From Halomicronema hongdechloris C2206 (lineage in GTDB: Bacteria > Cyanobacteriota > Cyanobacteriia > Phormidesmidales > Phormidesmidaceae), in NCBI RefSeq assembly GCF_002075285.3, contig NZ_CP021983.2, forward strand, positions 3,480,001-3,512,000: a stretch of DNA of 32,000 bases. Reading direction: 5' to 3'. The notes beneath the pieces were generated by a model that was not told the origin of the DNA, did no database searches, and worked only from the letters and a program-made list of their open reading frames with translations. Shown in pieces: positions 20,469-29,392 of this stretch. The translations under genes and the position numbers were made by a program. The stretch's first letter is position 1; each line of letters opens with the position of its first letter.

Positions 20469-21167
20469 ATGATTGTCTGCCCCAACTGCAGCCATGCCAA
20501 TCCGGAGGCTGCTGTTCAGTGTGAAGCCTGCTATACGCCGTTGCCGACCCTAACCACCTGTCCTAGTTGTGGGGCCTCGGTGCAATCTAATGCTGATTTT
20601 TGTGGTCAATGTGGGGCCAGCTTACAAGGGGCCGGCCAGCCTGCCGCCGCCCTGGAGGCTACCCATCCCGATACTCCAGATCTACCAGAGCTGGTGACCC
20701 CCGATCCGCTGGTGACGCCAAAGCCACTGTCGCAGCCGTCCAGCTCCACCTCTGCAGACACCCCCTCTCCAGGAGTCTCCTCCCAGCCATCTGCCTCTCC
20801 CCAATCGGCCCCAGTGGGAGCTACCCAGCTGCAGGTGAGCCAGGCCCAACTGCTACATGTGCAGACCGATACCCAATTCGATCTCCCCGCCCATTTACCC
20901 ATCATTCGTATCGGCAAACCCAATGATCGCGTGCCTCCCGATATCGATGTCTCGGGGCTACAGGATTCAGAAATTGTTTCGCGGGTGCATGCCTCTATTC
21001 GAGTCGAGGGAGACATCTACTATATTGAGGATGTCGGTAGTTCTAACGGCACCTACATTAATAATGCGCCGCTACCCAGTGGTAATCGCCATCGCTTGCG
21101 GGCAGGCGATCGAATCGCCCTCGGTAAAGGAGACAAGGTTTCCTTCATTTTTCAGGTGTCTGGTTAG
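20469..21167 (+). CDS. double zinc-ribbon / FHA domain protein
   Basis: 232 aa. CPNCSHANPEAAVQCEACYTPL plus CPSCGASVQSNADFCGQCGASL form two CxxC...CxxC ribbons. A Pro/Ser-rich linker follows. The C-terminal FHA domain reads IIRIGK...VSRVHASIRVEGDIYYIEDVGSSNGTYINN...L..GDRIALG. Confidence 0.88.
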   Translation: MIVCPNCSHANPEAAVQCEACYTPLPTLTTCPSCGASVQSNADFCGQCGASLQGAGQPAAALEATHPDTPDLPELVTPDPLVTPKPLSQPSSSTSADTPSPGVSSQPSASPQSAPVGATQLQVSQAQLLHVQTDTQFDLPAHLPIIRIGKPNDRVPPDIDVSGLQDSEIVSRVHASIRVEGDIYYIEDVGSSNGTYINNAPLPSGNRHRLRAGDRIALGKGDKVSFIFQVSG

Positions 21168-21237
21168 CTCAGGCGTTTATGATGGCTAGGTGCTCTGCAA
21201 ACTACTTATCGCGGCCTACGGTTGAGTCGAGTGTAAT

Positions 21238-21708
21238 GTGATCACCCTATCGCTCCTCCATCCCCTTCATAAAACACCGGTTCAACATTGGACATTTGAG
21301 GTGGAACCGGTAATTCGCATCGGTCGCTCCTCAGACAATGATGTGATTTTGTATAGTGCCGTAGTATCACGTCATCATGTGGAAATTTACCGTACCCGGG
21401 ACGGCTGGGAGATTAAGAGCCTAGGTACCAATGGCACCTACCTTGAGGGCAAGCGCATTACCCAAGTTCCGGTAGAAGATGGCATCGTCATCCGTCTAGC
21501 CCGTTCCGGCCCGAATATCCAGATTCGTACCAGTCCAGAACAGTCTTCGGCCCTAAAAGCCCTCTTGAACCGCCCCCGATCTCAGCCTCCAGAAGCTGAC
21601 CCTGACATCCATTTGTCGATACCAACGGAAGTGCCGAAACATATTTTGGAGGAGGCAGAGCCAGACAGCGACGCGGTTCCCGACGATGATACGGACCACC
21701 CTCACTAG
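21238..21708 (+). CDS. FHA domain protein with acidic tail
   Basis: 156 aa, GTG start. VIRIGRSSDNDVILYSAVVSRHHVEIYRTRDGWEIKSLGTNGTYLEGKRI...GIVIRLA. The C-terminal tail is acidic and Pro-rich. Confidence 0.85.
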   Translation: MITLSLLHPLHKTPVQHWTFEVEPVIRIGRSSDNDVILYSAVVSRHHVEIYRTRDGWEIKSLGTNGTYLEGKRITQVPVEDGIVIRLARSGPNIQIRTSPEQSSALKALLNRPRSQPPEADPDIHLSIPTEVPKHILEEAEPDSDAVPDDDTDHPH

Positions 21709-21716
21709 GTTTCTCC

Positions 21717-21806
21717 ATGGTCCGGGGCGACCAAATTTATGTGATGCGGCAACTCGCTGGCCTACCCGGAGTCTATGAGCACCACGGCATCGACTGTGAC
21801 GATGCT
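21717..21806 (+). pseudogene. N-terminal remnant of an LRAT/NlpC-P60 ('NC domain') family gene
   Basis: ATG lies 8 nt after the FHA stop. MVRGDQIYVMRQLAGLPGVYEHHGIDCDD matches the N-terminal 'GD.IYV.R......YxHHGI' motif that carries the conserved His. The reading frame then runs straight into the G-rich tandem repeats (translated GEVGEWGSGGVGEW...). No NCEHF-type catalytic Cys segment follows. Confidence 0.5.
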
Positions 21807-21830
21807 CATAGACGTCAAGGGGCAGGGGAA

Positions 21831-21898
21831 GTGGGGGAGTGGGGGAGTGGGGGAGTGGGGGAGTGGAGAGTGAAGGGTGAAGGGTGGAGAGTGGAGGG
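21831..21898 (+). repeat. G-rich short tandem repeat array: GTGGGGGA x4, then TGRAGRG heptamers x5
   Basis: Read directly. Four perfect octamers lie at 21831..21862. The heptamers are TGGAGAG, TGAAGGG, TGAAGGG, TGGAGAG, TGGAGGG at 21864..21898. A GGCAGAA x2 block (22091..22104), like that of repeat copies A and B, lies 190 nt downstream. A GC hairpin (7-bp stem) is at 21967..21985. Confidence 0.9.
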
Positions 21899-22409
21899 GC
21901 AAGGACAACAGGTAGCGTGGGTCGTTTTACTTAGGAGAATTCTGGGAAAGAAAATACCTTGAGGAGGGGCGCAGGGCCTGCGCCCTTGGGTAACAGCCCA
22001 TAAAATGGGTAATTTTGTTTCAAGAGATCTCCTTAAGCGAGGGACGTTATAAGTGGCCAGGGAAGGACCCACGGGGAAGGAAGGACGGAGGGCAGAAGGC
22101 AGAAAGGTCCATTGCCTCCCTGCCGATGCGACGCGATTCACGACGGCTGATCGACCATCCCGTCCACGGGGTCTAGGGCGGTAGTTCGACTCGGGCGAGT
22201 GCTCTGGCTGGTGAATTTAAGGGGGGTCTTATGGATGTTTCCAGAGGAATTAGCCGTTCGGCCGAGCTCAGGCCGAGGCCTGCCCGCAGGGCATAGGGAG
22301 AGCAGCGGTTGTAGCTAGGGCTGAAATCCTCCGAATCTTAAAGACGGCATGCTGGCTGTTGCCATTGCCGCTAATCTGGAAGCAGACCATGCGTTGATGC
22401 GGAGAGCCT

Positions 22410-23003
22410 ATGCTGGCGAAATCCCAACCCCCTAGACCCCCGTCAGTACTGCAAAAAATTGCCCGAGCCTTTCGCGTATTTGGCTGGATTGGCTTAGCTG
22501 TTCAGGTCTGTCTGGCGTTTTTAGCCGTGGTGTCTCTACTGCTGGCCACCTTTGGCCAAAATTTTAGTCCAGACGATAATCCCGGCAATAGCATCGGCAT
22601 GTTCTGGGCCATTGCCAGTTTGATTGGGTTGGTGGTGGGGTTGGGGCTAACGTCTCGATACACGCTGGTCGGGCGCGCCCTACAACTCGATCCTCAGGTA
22701 AAGATTCAGCCCAAAAAGTCTGATGCGATTCAATTGCTACGGCTGGGCATTATGACTGGTGGCGGCGGTATTTTGCTAGGCATCTTAGGGTCAGGCACAT
22801 CCATTGGGGTAATCGTGGGCAAAACTGTATCTCAGCCACCGGGGGTAGCCATTACCGATCCGGAAAAGATCGTGCGGACTCTGGATGCCCTGGTGATGTT
22901 GGCTAATATTAGTCTGATTGCGGCCCATTTTGCCGGCGTCCTAACGGCGCTATGGCTGCTAGAGCGGATTCATTATTACGAAAAGCCAGGTAAAGCTAAG
23001 TGA
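22410..23003 (+). CDS. DUF3611-like (Tic21/PIC1-like) integral membrane protein
   Basis: 197 aa. GGAGAG RBS. Four predicted hydrophobic helices (FGWIGLAVQVCLAFLAVVSLLLATF; MFWAIASLIGLVVGLGL; IMTGGGGILLGILGSG; LVMLANISLIAAHFAGVLTALWLL). The family call is from memory of this architecture, not from a search. Confidence 0.55.
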   Translation: MLAKSQPPRPPSVLQKIARAFRVFGWIGLAVQVCLAFLAVVSLLLATFGQNFSPDDNPGNSIGMFWAIASLIGLVVGLGLTSRYTLVGRALQLDPQVKIQPKKSDAIQLLRLGIMTGGGGILLGILGSGTSIGVIVGKTVSQPPGVAITDPEKIVRTLDALVMLANISLIAAHFAGVLTALWLLERIHYYEKPGKAK

Positions 23004-23068
23004 GGGACGGTAGCTTGGATGGTTCTGCAACCTTGCGATCGCATTGAGTGGCGATGATCAGACCCCCA

Positions 23069-25270
23069 TTACCGATGGACGACGAACAAGGCTAGCTGCG
23101 ATCGCATCGATACGGTCTGCCCCGCTAATTGTCGCTGACAGATGGCTGCAATCGCCTCCAAGTCTGAGGCAGACAGATACTTGCCCAGGCGATCGCGGTA
23201 GCTGGGCCGGGAGGTATTGGTGGTAAACCAGCGCTGCAACAGGGCTGGGGAGAGATAGCGCTGGCTGTTGAGGGCCTCGCTGTTGACGCCACAGATGAGA
23301 CCGGCTTGCTGAAAATGGGCCTGCAGGGTGGTGGCCTTCCAGTCGAAGCGGGGATCGTCCTCGGCCCGCATCAGCTGCTCATCGGCGGCCTGCCAGCGCT
23401 GGTAGAGAGCTGAGTCTATCGAGGTGGCCTCGATTAGGGCCGAGGGGCGTTGGCCGCGGCGATAAACGGTCTCGGCCAGGACCAACCGTCCGTTCTCAGG
23501 CAAGAGGTCAGCCAGCCTGGCGATGGCTGCGGACTTATCCGGCCGGATGCCTAGCACATGGCGACCGACGATGCGATCGCAGCGGACCCCAGTTAATTGG
23601 GTAGGTAACGCCTGCAGGTCCCCCGTGATCACCAGGGGCCGGCTCAGCTCCGGTAACCCAGCTGCCTGTTGCTGCAACCCTTGAGCCTCCGCCTCGGACG
23701 CTACCCAGACATAGACCCCGCCCTCCGGCACCTGGCGCACCGCTTCCCAGGTGAGTAAGCCGCTACGCCCCTGCAGGTCTAGAATCACGTGATGGCGTTG
23801 GGGCGCGGCCAAGGCAAAGATGCGATCGCGCAGCCACCCTAGTTGACTCCCCGTCTGGGACAGGGTGCGCTGCAACCAACGGTCCCGGACCGGGTCGTCA
23901 GGACTGTTGGTCAAGATGTCGGTGTGGGTAGTATCCCCCTCCATTACTGCCGCCAGTTGGGCCTCTCGGCGGCGACAGACCTGTGGTTGGAGCGTGGCCT
24001 CATAGCCCTGGCTAGAGGGCTGGTAAAACACCTGCCCCTGCAGGCCGGTGGGCAAGTATTGCTGGGCGACCCAATGCTCTCGGTAGGCATGGGGGTAGAG
24101 ATAGCCCTGGCCATGGCCAAATCCCTGCTTATCCCGGTTAGCATCCCGCAGCGGATTGGGCACCGCTTGCGGTTGCGCTTGTTCCACAGTGGCCAGAGCA
24201 TCGAAGAAGGCCATGACGCTGTTGGACTTGGCCGCCGTGGCCAAATAGAGCGTGGCCTGGGCCAGGGGATAGCGGCCCTCTGGCATACCCACTCGATCAA
24301 AGGCAGCAGCACAGCTGGTTACCACCGTCACCGCCTGGGGATCGGCGAGGCCAATGTCTTCACTGGCTAAAATCACCAGCCGTCGGAAAACATAGCGGGG
24401 GTCTTCGCCGGCGTAAACCATGCGAGCCAACCAATAGAGAGCAGCATCGGGGTCAGACCCCCGGACGCTCTTGATGAAGGCGCTAATGGTATCGAAGTGG
24501 GCATCGCCATCCTTGTCATAGAGCACCGCTCGCCGTTGAATTGACTCTTCCGCTACCGCCAAGGAGACCTCGATGGTGCCATCTGCCTGGGGTTCGGTGG
24601 TTTCTACCGCCAACTCCAGGGCATTCAGTAAGGCCCGGGCATCGCCATTGGCCACATTGACAAGATGATCTAAGGCTTCCGGCTTCAGCTCTACCAGGCG
24701 GTGCCCATAGCCCCGCTCCCCGTCGGCTAGAGCCTGGGCGGCAACGCGCTTCAGGTCTGTTGCCTGTAGGGGCTGCAGCTGAAAGATACGGGAGCGACTG
24801 ACCAGGGCCTGGTTTACCTCGAAGTAGGGATTCTCGGTGGTGGCCCCAATCAAAATCACGGTGCCATTTTCCACCCAGGGCAGCAGGGCATCTTGCTGGG
24901 CTTTGTTGAAGCGGTGCACCTCATCGACAAACAGAATGGTGCGGCGCCCCTGCTGGCCGCGCAAGTCTTGGGCAGTTGCGATCGCATCGCGAATATCCTT
25001 CACGCCAGCCAACACCGCATTGATGGCGATGAAGTGGGCCTTGGTGGTATTGGCAATGATGCGAGCCAGGGTGGTTTTACCGGTTCCCGGCGGCCCATAG
25101 AAAATCAACGACGATAGCTGATCCGCCTGAATCGCCCGCCGCAGCAGTCGCCCCGGCCCTACCACCGCCTCCTGGCCGATGAACTCATCCAACGTCCGCG
25201 GCCGCATCCGCGCCGCTAGCGGTGCTTCGGTGTCAATCTGCGCTTCACGGTGGTGGTCAAACAAATCCAT
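23069..25270 (-). CDS. rarA: replication-associated recombination protein A (RarA/MgsA AAA+ ATPase) fused to a ~290-aa C-terminal Rossmann-like domain
   Basis: From ATG 25270: [47 protein letters not shown]...[19 protein letters not shown]...[25 protein letters not shown]...YLYPH. This is RarA. The extra C-terminus (about 23069..23950) contains [14 protein letters not shown]...[10 protein letters not shown]...[12 protein letters not shown], resembling a degenerate class I methyltransferase fold. The 55 codons upstream (25271..25435) look like a spurious extension. Confidence 0.88.
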   Translation of the reverse strand: MDLFDHHREAQIDTEAPLAARMRPRTLDEFIGQEAVVGPGRLLRRAIQADQLSSLIFYGPPGTGKTTLARIIANTTKAHFIAINAVLAGVKDIRDAIATAQDLRGQQGRRTILFVDEVHRFNKAQQDALLPWVENGTVILIGATTENPYFEVNQALVSRSRIFQLQPLQATDLKRVAAQALADGERGYGHRLVELKPEALDHLVNVANGDARALLNALELAVETTEPQADGTIEVSLAVAEESIQRRAVLYDKDGDAHFDTISAFIKSVRGSDPDAALYWLARMVYAGEDPRYVFRRLVILASEDIGLADPQAVTVVTSCAAAFDRVGMPEGRYPLAQATLYLATAAKSNSVMAFFDALATVEQAQPQAVPNPLRDANRDKQGFGHGQGYLYPHAYREHWVAQQYLPTGLQGQVFYQPSSQGYEATLQPQVCRRREAQLAAVMEGDTTHTDILTNSPDDPVRDRWLQRTLSQTGSQLGWLRDRIFALAAPQRHHVILDLQGRSGLLTWEAVRQVPEGGVYVWVASEAEAQGLQQQAAGLPELSRPLVITGDLQALPTQLTGVRCDRIVGRHVLGIRPDKSAAIARLADLLPENGRLVLAETVYRRGQRPSALIEATSIDSALYQRWQAADEQLMRAEDDPRFDWKATTLQAHFQQAGLICGVNSEALNSQRYLSPALLQRWFTTNTSRPSYRDRLGKYLSASDLEAIAAICQRQLAGQTVSMRSQLALFVVHR

Positions 25271-25899
25271 ACTGCTGTGCAAACGGAATAGTGTAGATGA
25301 TGAATTCCATCGAAGGGGAATGGCAACATCTGCAGCAGGACGAACTCGGTGGACAGATGTTTGAGAGTGAATCGGAACTTGCTGATCACGTCGCCCTGGG
25401 GCTAGAGTAACGAGGCAAGACTCATGGTCACGCAACTCAATATGTGACTGTCAAGATCGTTTGATACATTGGGCCACTCGTCTGAAGTGGGATGGCATAG
25501 AGTATGCTCAGCAGCCGATGGGCTGCGGCCCCCTTTGCAACAGATGGCTCAGCTTCAAGCGGAAGTCGCCTTTGCCGATGCTCACGATAGTATCGACAAG
25601 ATCGTCGCTCAAATCCCAGCCCTAAGGCGGCTACTCGATCGTTGATAGGCTTAACACGGCAGCCCCTGGCCCGACTCGCTGGCCAGAGGCAGGGCGATGG
25701 CTGTGCGGCTGCCGCCGTGTTACTGGCGCTATCAAGTGCAGCATATTAAAAATTCAGCCCTCACGTCACGCTATCGAGCCGCGAGTAGTTGGGCTGAGAC
25801 TCGCTGTCGCCAACAGCCGTGTCCTTAACTCAAAATGCTGGCTGAGCATCATGGCCGCCAGCACTCGATTATTGTGACTAAATTGCCCCATTAGCTAGC

Positions 25900-26229
25900 T
25901 TAGCTAGCGGCTTCCGCCGGGCGACTGTTGATCTGATTATTATTATTAGAGGATTGACTGGTCTCGGTAGCAGGGTCTACTGTGACAAACTCGATATGAT
26001 TCACCAGAGTAGTCACGAAGGCAAACAGCAGAAAGGGCAACGACAGCACTAAGATAAGGCCAACGACAGCTATGGCAAAGACGGGTTGCTTTGCTCCCAT
26101 CAGCGCCAGGGCTGCTGCCAAGCTAATAATGAGCATCACTAACCAGACGATGATCTGGCCGTAAATATCGCCAAAGGTGAGTGTGCATCTAAAGCGGTAT
26201 CTCTGTGCCTTATCCATGGTGTGTCTCAC
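25900..26229 (-). CDS. small membrane protein (two TM helices, Asn-rich tail)
   Basis: 109-aa ORF with a GTG start at 26229; an ATG alternative at 26217 gives MDKAQRYRF.... Hydrophobic segments are IIVWLVMLIISLAAALALM and VFAIAVVGLILVLSLPFLLFAFV. The tail is SSNNNNQINS. No family recognised. Confidence 0.55.
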   Translation of the reverse strand: MRHTMDKAQRYRFRCTLTFGDIYGQIIVWLVMLIISLAAALALMGAKQPVFAIAVVGLILVLSLPFLLFAFVTTLVNHIEFVTVDPATETSQSSNNNNQINSRPAEAAS

Positions 26230-26375
26230 AAAAATGCAATCGATACCTCAGGATATCGGCCCCGATGAAGTCACTACAGAAACCACAGCATTTCTAAACA
26301 TTTTTATAGAGACTAAAGCCCGCGTTAGATCCGGGGCTAGGTCTTTGTAGCGACAGTAGTACGACTCTCCAACGG

Positions 26376-26969
26376 ATGCCCTATCGTTATCTACTATTCT
26401 ATAAGCCCTATCACGTTCTCAGTCAGTTTCGGGCTCCTGATTCTCAACGATCTACCCTGCAGGACTATATTCCGACAAAAGGCGTGTATCCTGTGGGGCG
26501 TCTAGATTACGACAGTGAGGGCCTGATGTTACTGAGCGATCATGGACAACTGCAGCATCGCCTTAGCCACCCTCGCTACGGTCATCCTCGCACCTACTGG
26601 GTTCAGGTAGAGCATTTGCCTGGAGAAGCGGCTTTGGAGCAGCTGCGTCGGGGCGTGACGGTCCAGGGGAAATTGACCCAGCCAGCCCAGGTACGACGGC
26701 TCTTTCCGGAACCGCGGTTACCTCCCCGGGACCCGCCGATTCGCGTTCGTAAAACAGTGCCCACGGCCTGGATAGAAGTGACCCTGGGGGAAGGTCGAAA
26801 TCGCCAGGTACGGCGGATGACAGCGGCCGTAGGGCATCCTACCCTGCGACTAGTTCGAGTTGCCATTGCCCATTTGCAGCTAGCGGGACTCACCCCAGGA
26901 GAATGGCGCTTTCTCACGGATCAGGAGCAAGCATCGCTGCTAGCCCTGATGAAACGCCAACCTGAATAG
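26376..26969 (+). CDS. pseudouridine synthase, RsuA/RluE family (no S4 domain)
   Basis: 197 aa. YLLFYKPYHVLSQF...VYPVGRLDYDSEGLMLLSDHGQLQHRLSHP...RTYWVQV...EGRNRQVRRM. The catalytic Asp lies in GRLDYDSEGL. Confidence 0.88.
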   Translation: MPYRYLLFYKPYHVLSQFRAPDSQRSTLQDYIPTKGVYPVGRLDYDSEGLMLLSDHGQLQHRLSHPRYGHPRTYWVQVEHLPGEAALEQLRRGVTVQGKLTQPAQVRRLFPEPRLPPRDPPIRVRKTVPTAWIEVTLGEGRNRQVRRMTAAVGHPTLRLVRVAIAHLQLAGLTPGEWRFLTDQEQASLLALMKRQPE

Positions 26970-27462
26970 GCCCAGAGACTACCGTTGGGGTTGAGATCTA
27001 GGGGTAGCATTGGGATCACAGGGTAAGTGCCACATCTTCTATCGGCATTCTCGGGGAGCTGAGCATCTCCTAGGACCGAGGGGGTATGGTGTAAATCGCA
27101 TCCAAACCCAGATCTAAATCCAGAATCTGACGGTTTCCCTGGGGAAATAACCGCGCTCAAGTCGGATTTAGTATAGATTCGACAAAGTTGTCGGTTTTCT
27201 CGATAGGGACGTGAATGATGGAGTTGGGGTTAGCGAGGGGATTGTCGAGGGTGTTTGCGCAGCCAAGCCGTAGCAATGTTCGCTTGAGTTGCTGGAATCA
27301 GCGACGATTACGGTGAGATACCCCTATACCAGTCCAGACCTGATGGGTTGCTCAGAAAATGCCATTGTCTCTGAGCTGGCCTTGGCATACCACCTCTCTC
27401 TTCTAGTGTCTGGAGTCTTTACACCAGGATATTCAAGGTCACTGCTTTAGCATTTGATTGTC

Positions 27463-29316
27463 ATGTTTGTGTGTCCTCACTGCCAGTTTAAAAATCCCCA
27501 TCAGAATCGATTCTGCCAACAGTGCGGTGAGCCGCTGCAGCTCTGGCGAGCCATTCTGAGTCCGATATCGTCGACAGATAACATCGCCCAGTTTTCTTTG
27601 GACGCCAGCTATCTCGATACCCAGCAACAGCGCTATCAGCTCCCTATTCCTCTACCCGCGTTGCCCTCTGGGACAGAGGTGGAATTTTTAGTGTTGGATT
27701 GTCAGCCAGAGATGCCGTCGGCCCTGGATACCATTGATGCTACGGAGACCTCTGAACAGTTGTTGGAGGAAGATACTCTGGTCGATGTGCCAAAGCTGGC
27801 CTATCCCTATTTGCTCTTGCAGGCTCACTTTTTCCCAGCGATTCCCGATCTCCACACGGCCTGGCAAACAGATACTCACGCGGTACTGCTGATAGAAGAT
27901 CGCTCCCAATGGCAGAAGCTAACGGAGTTGTGGGGCCAGGAAAGTGTTGCTCCCTTGGAACGGGTGCATTGGTTGTACGAGATGGCGGAGTTATGGGATG
28001 CCTTGAAGGATTGGGATGCCCAATCCAGTTTGCTAGAGCAGGATAACCTGCGGGTAGATGATGATCAAATTCTTTGTCTGAGGCGGTTGTACTCTACTCC
28101 TGCAACTCAGCATACGCTGCAAGATCTGGGGCTGTTCTGGCACCGCTTGCTACGGCAGGGGGGGCAGGCGGCGGTCCCCGCTTTGGTGAATTTGGCGTTG
28201 GCGGTCAGCAATGGTGACATCACGACCGCCACCGACATCAAGGCCCAGCTGGCTGACATTGCCGAGGACTTGCCCACCGATGACGATGAGGTAACAACGC
28301 CCGATGCCTTGCCCAGATCAGCTGCTCGGGAGCCGATGCCGATGTCGGCGGCAGAGGAAAGGGAGGGGTTAATGTCTCAGGAATGGGATGAGCTAACCGA
28401 TGAGCTAACCCTGGATGAGTTGGATCAGGCGTCTGAGGCTGATGAGACTGCTGAAGGATCTGACTACCCCACCATGGTACTGCCCATGAAGCTGGTTAGT
28501 CTCGATCATATTGGCCAGACCCATGTGGGCTGCCAGCGTGACCACAATGAAGACTTTTTCTGTGCCCTGACTGAGTTGTGTAAGGTGGATAGTCCCGAAG
28601 ACGCCACGTTGTCAGCGCGAGGGTTGTATGTGTTGTGTGATGGCATGGGGGGACACGCAGGGGGAGAAGTTGCCAGCGCCCTGGCTGTTAAAACGCTGCA
28701 GACCTACTTTCGGGAGCATTGGGATGACTTGCCAAGCCAGGCGAGTCTGCAGGAGGCAATTGAACAGGCTAACCAGGCTATTTTTGAGCTGAACCAAGCT
28801 GAGAGTCGCTCGGGTAGTGGTCGCATGGGCACGACACTGGTGATGGTGATGCTGCAGGATACCCAAGCAGTGGTGGCCCATGTCGGAGATAGTCGCCTCT
28901 ATGGCTATACTCGTCGTTTGGGCCTAAAGCAAATCACTCTAGACCACGAGGTCGGTCAGCGGGAGATTCAACGGGGGGTTGAACCGGCGATTGCCTACAC
29001 TCGCCCCGATGCCTATCAGCTGACCCAGGCCCTAGGACCGCGAGATCACCATAGCATCGTTCCTAGCATCCAATATTTTGATATTGCAGAGGATACGCTA
29101 TTTCTACTGTGCTCTGATGGCCTCAGTGATAATGACCTGCCAGAACGTTACTGTGAGACTCATGTGGCACCGTTGTTGCGATCGCATACTGACTTAGACG
29201 AAGGTGTAGCTCAACTCATCGATCTAGCCAACGAACACAATGGCCATGACAACATCACCGTCGTCGCCATTCGCCTGAAGCTGCGGCCCAACCTAGAAGA
29301 GATGCCTAACCGCTGA
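27463..29316 (+). CDS. zinc-ribbon / uncharacterised domain / PP2C (PPM) Ser/Thr phosphatase
   Basis: ATG at 27463; the ORF-track start at 27454 is TTG. MFVCPHCQFKNPHQNRFCQQCGEPL is a CxxC...CxxC ribbon. About 270 aa of unknown domain follow, then an acidic linker (DDDEVTTPD...EWDELTDELTLDELDQASEADE). The C-terminal PP2C motifs are RDHNEDFF, LYVLCDGMGGHAGGEVAS, GTTLVMVML, AHVGDSRLY, LLCSDGLSD and HDNITVVAIRL. Confidence 0.88.
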   Translation: MFVCPHCQFKNPHQNRFCQQCGEPLQLWRAILSPISSTDNIAQFSLDASYLDTQQQRYQLPIPLPALPSGTEVEFLVLDCQPEMPSALDTIDATETSEQLLEEDTLVDVPKLAYPYLLLQAHFFPAIPDLHTAWQTDTHAVLLIEDRSQWQKLTELWGQESVAPLERVHWLYEMAELWDALKDWDAQSSLLEQDNLRVDDDQILCLRRLYSTPATQHTLQDLGLFWHRLLRQGGQAAVPALVNLALAVSNGDITTATDIKAQLADIAEDLPTDDDEVTTPDALPRSAAREPMPMSAAEEREGLMSQEWDELTDELTLDELDQASEADETAEGSDYPTMVLPMKLVSLDHIGQTHVGCQRDHNEDFFCALTELCKVDSPEDATLSARGLYVLCDGMGGHAGGEVASALAVKTLQTYFREHWDDLPSQASLQEAIEQANQAIFELNQAESRSGSGRMGTTLVMVMLQDTQAVVAHVGDSRLYGYTRRLGLKQITLDHEVGQREIQRGVEPAIAYTRPDAYQLTQALGPRDHHSIVPSIQYFDIAEDTLFLLCSDGLSDNDLPERYCETHVAPLLRSHTDLDEGVAQLIDLANEHNGHDNITVVAIRLKLRPNLEEMPNR

Positions 29317-29392
29317 GGCCAGACATCATTACAGGCATCATTAGAGTAGCGTCGGGACACTAGATAATAGGATGTCCCTGCAGGAAATAGCC

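Noticed and set aside
21807-22141. The rest of ORF 21717..21962(+) and ORF 21815..22141(-) as real proteins, and the G-rich arrays as a CRISPR array
   Set aside because: The translations are just repeat-encoded GEVGEWG / PTPPLP strings. The repeat units are 7-8 bp, directly abutting with no spacers, so this is not a CRISPR array.
25271-25435. 55-codon N-terminal extension of the rarA ORF
   Set aside because: RarA homologues begin close to the conserved ...RP.tLDEfiGQ segment. MDLFDHH (ATG 25270) gives the expected length, and the extension has no conserved character.
26921-27627. ORFs 26921..27160(-) and 27439..27627(-)
   Set aside because: The first overlaps the 3' end of the pseudouridine synthase gene, and the second is antisense to the 5' end of the PP2C gene. 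Neither has supporting motifs.
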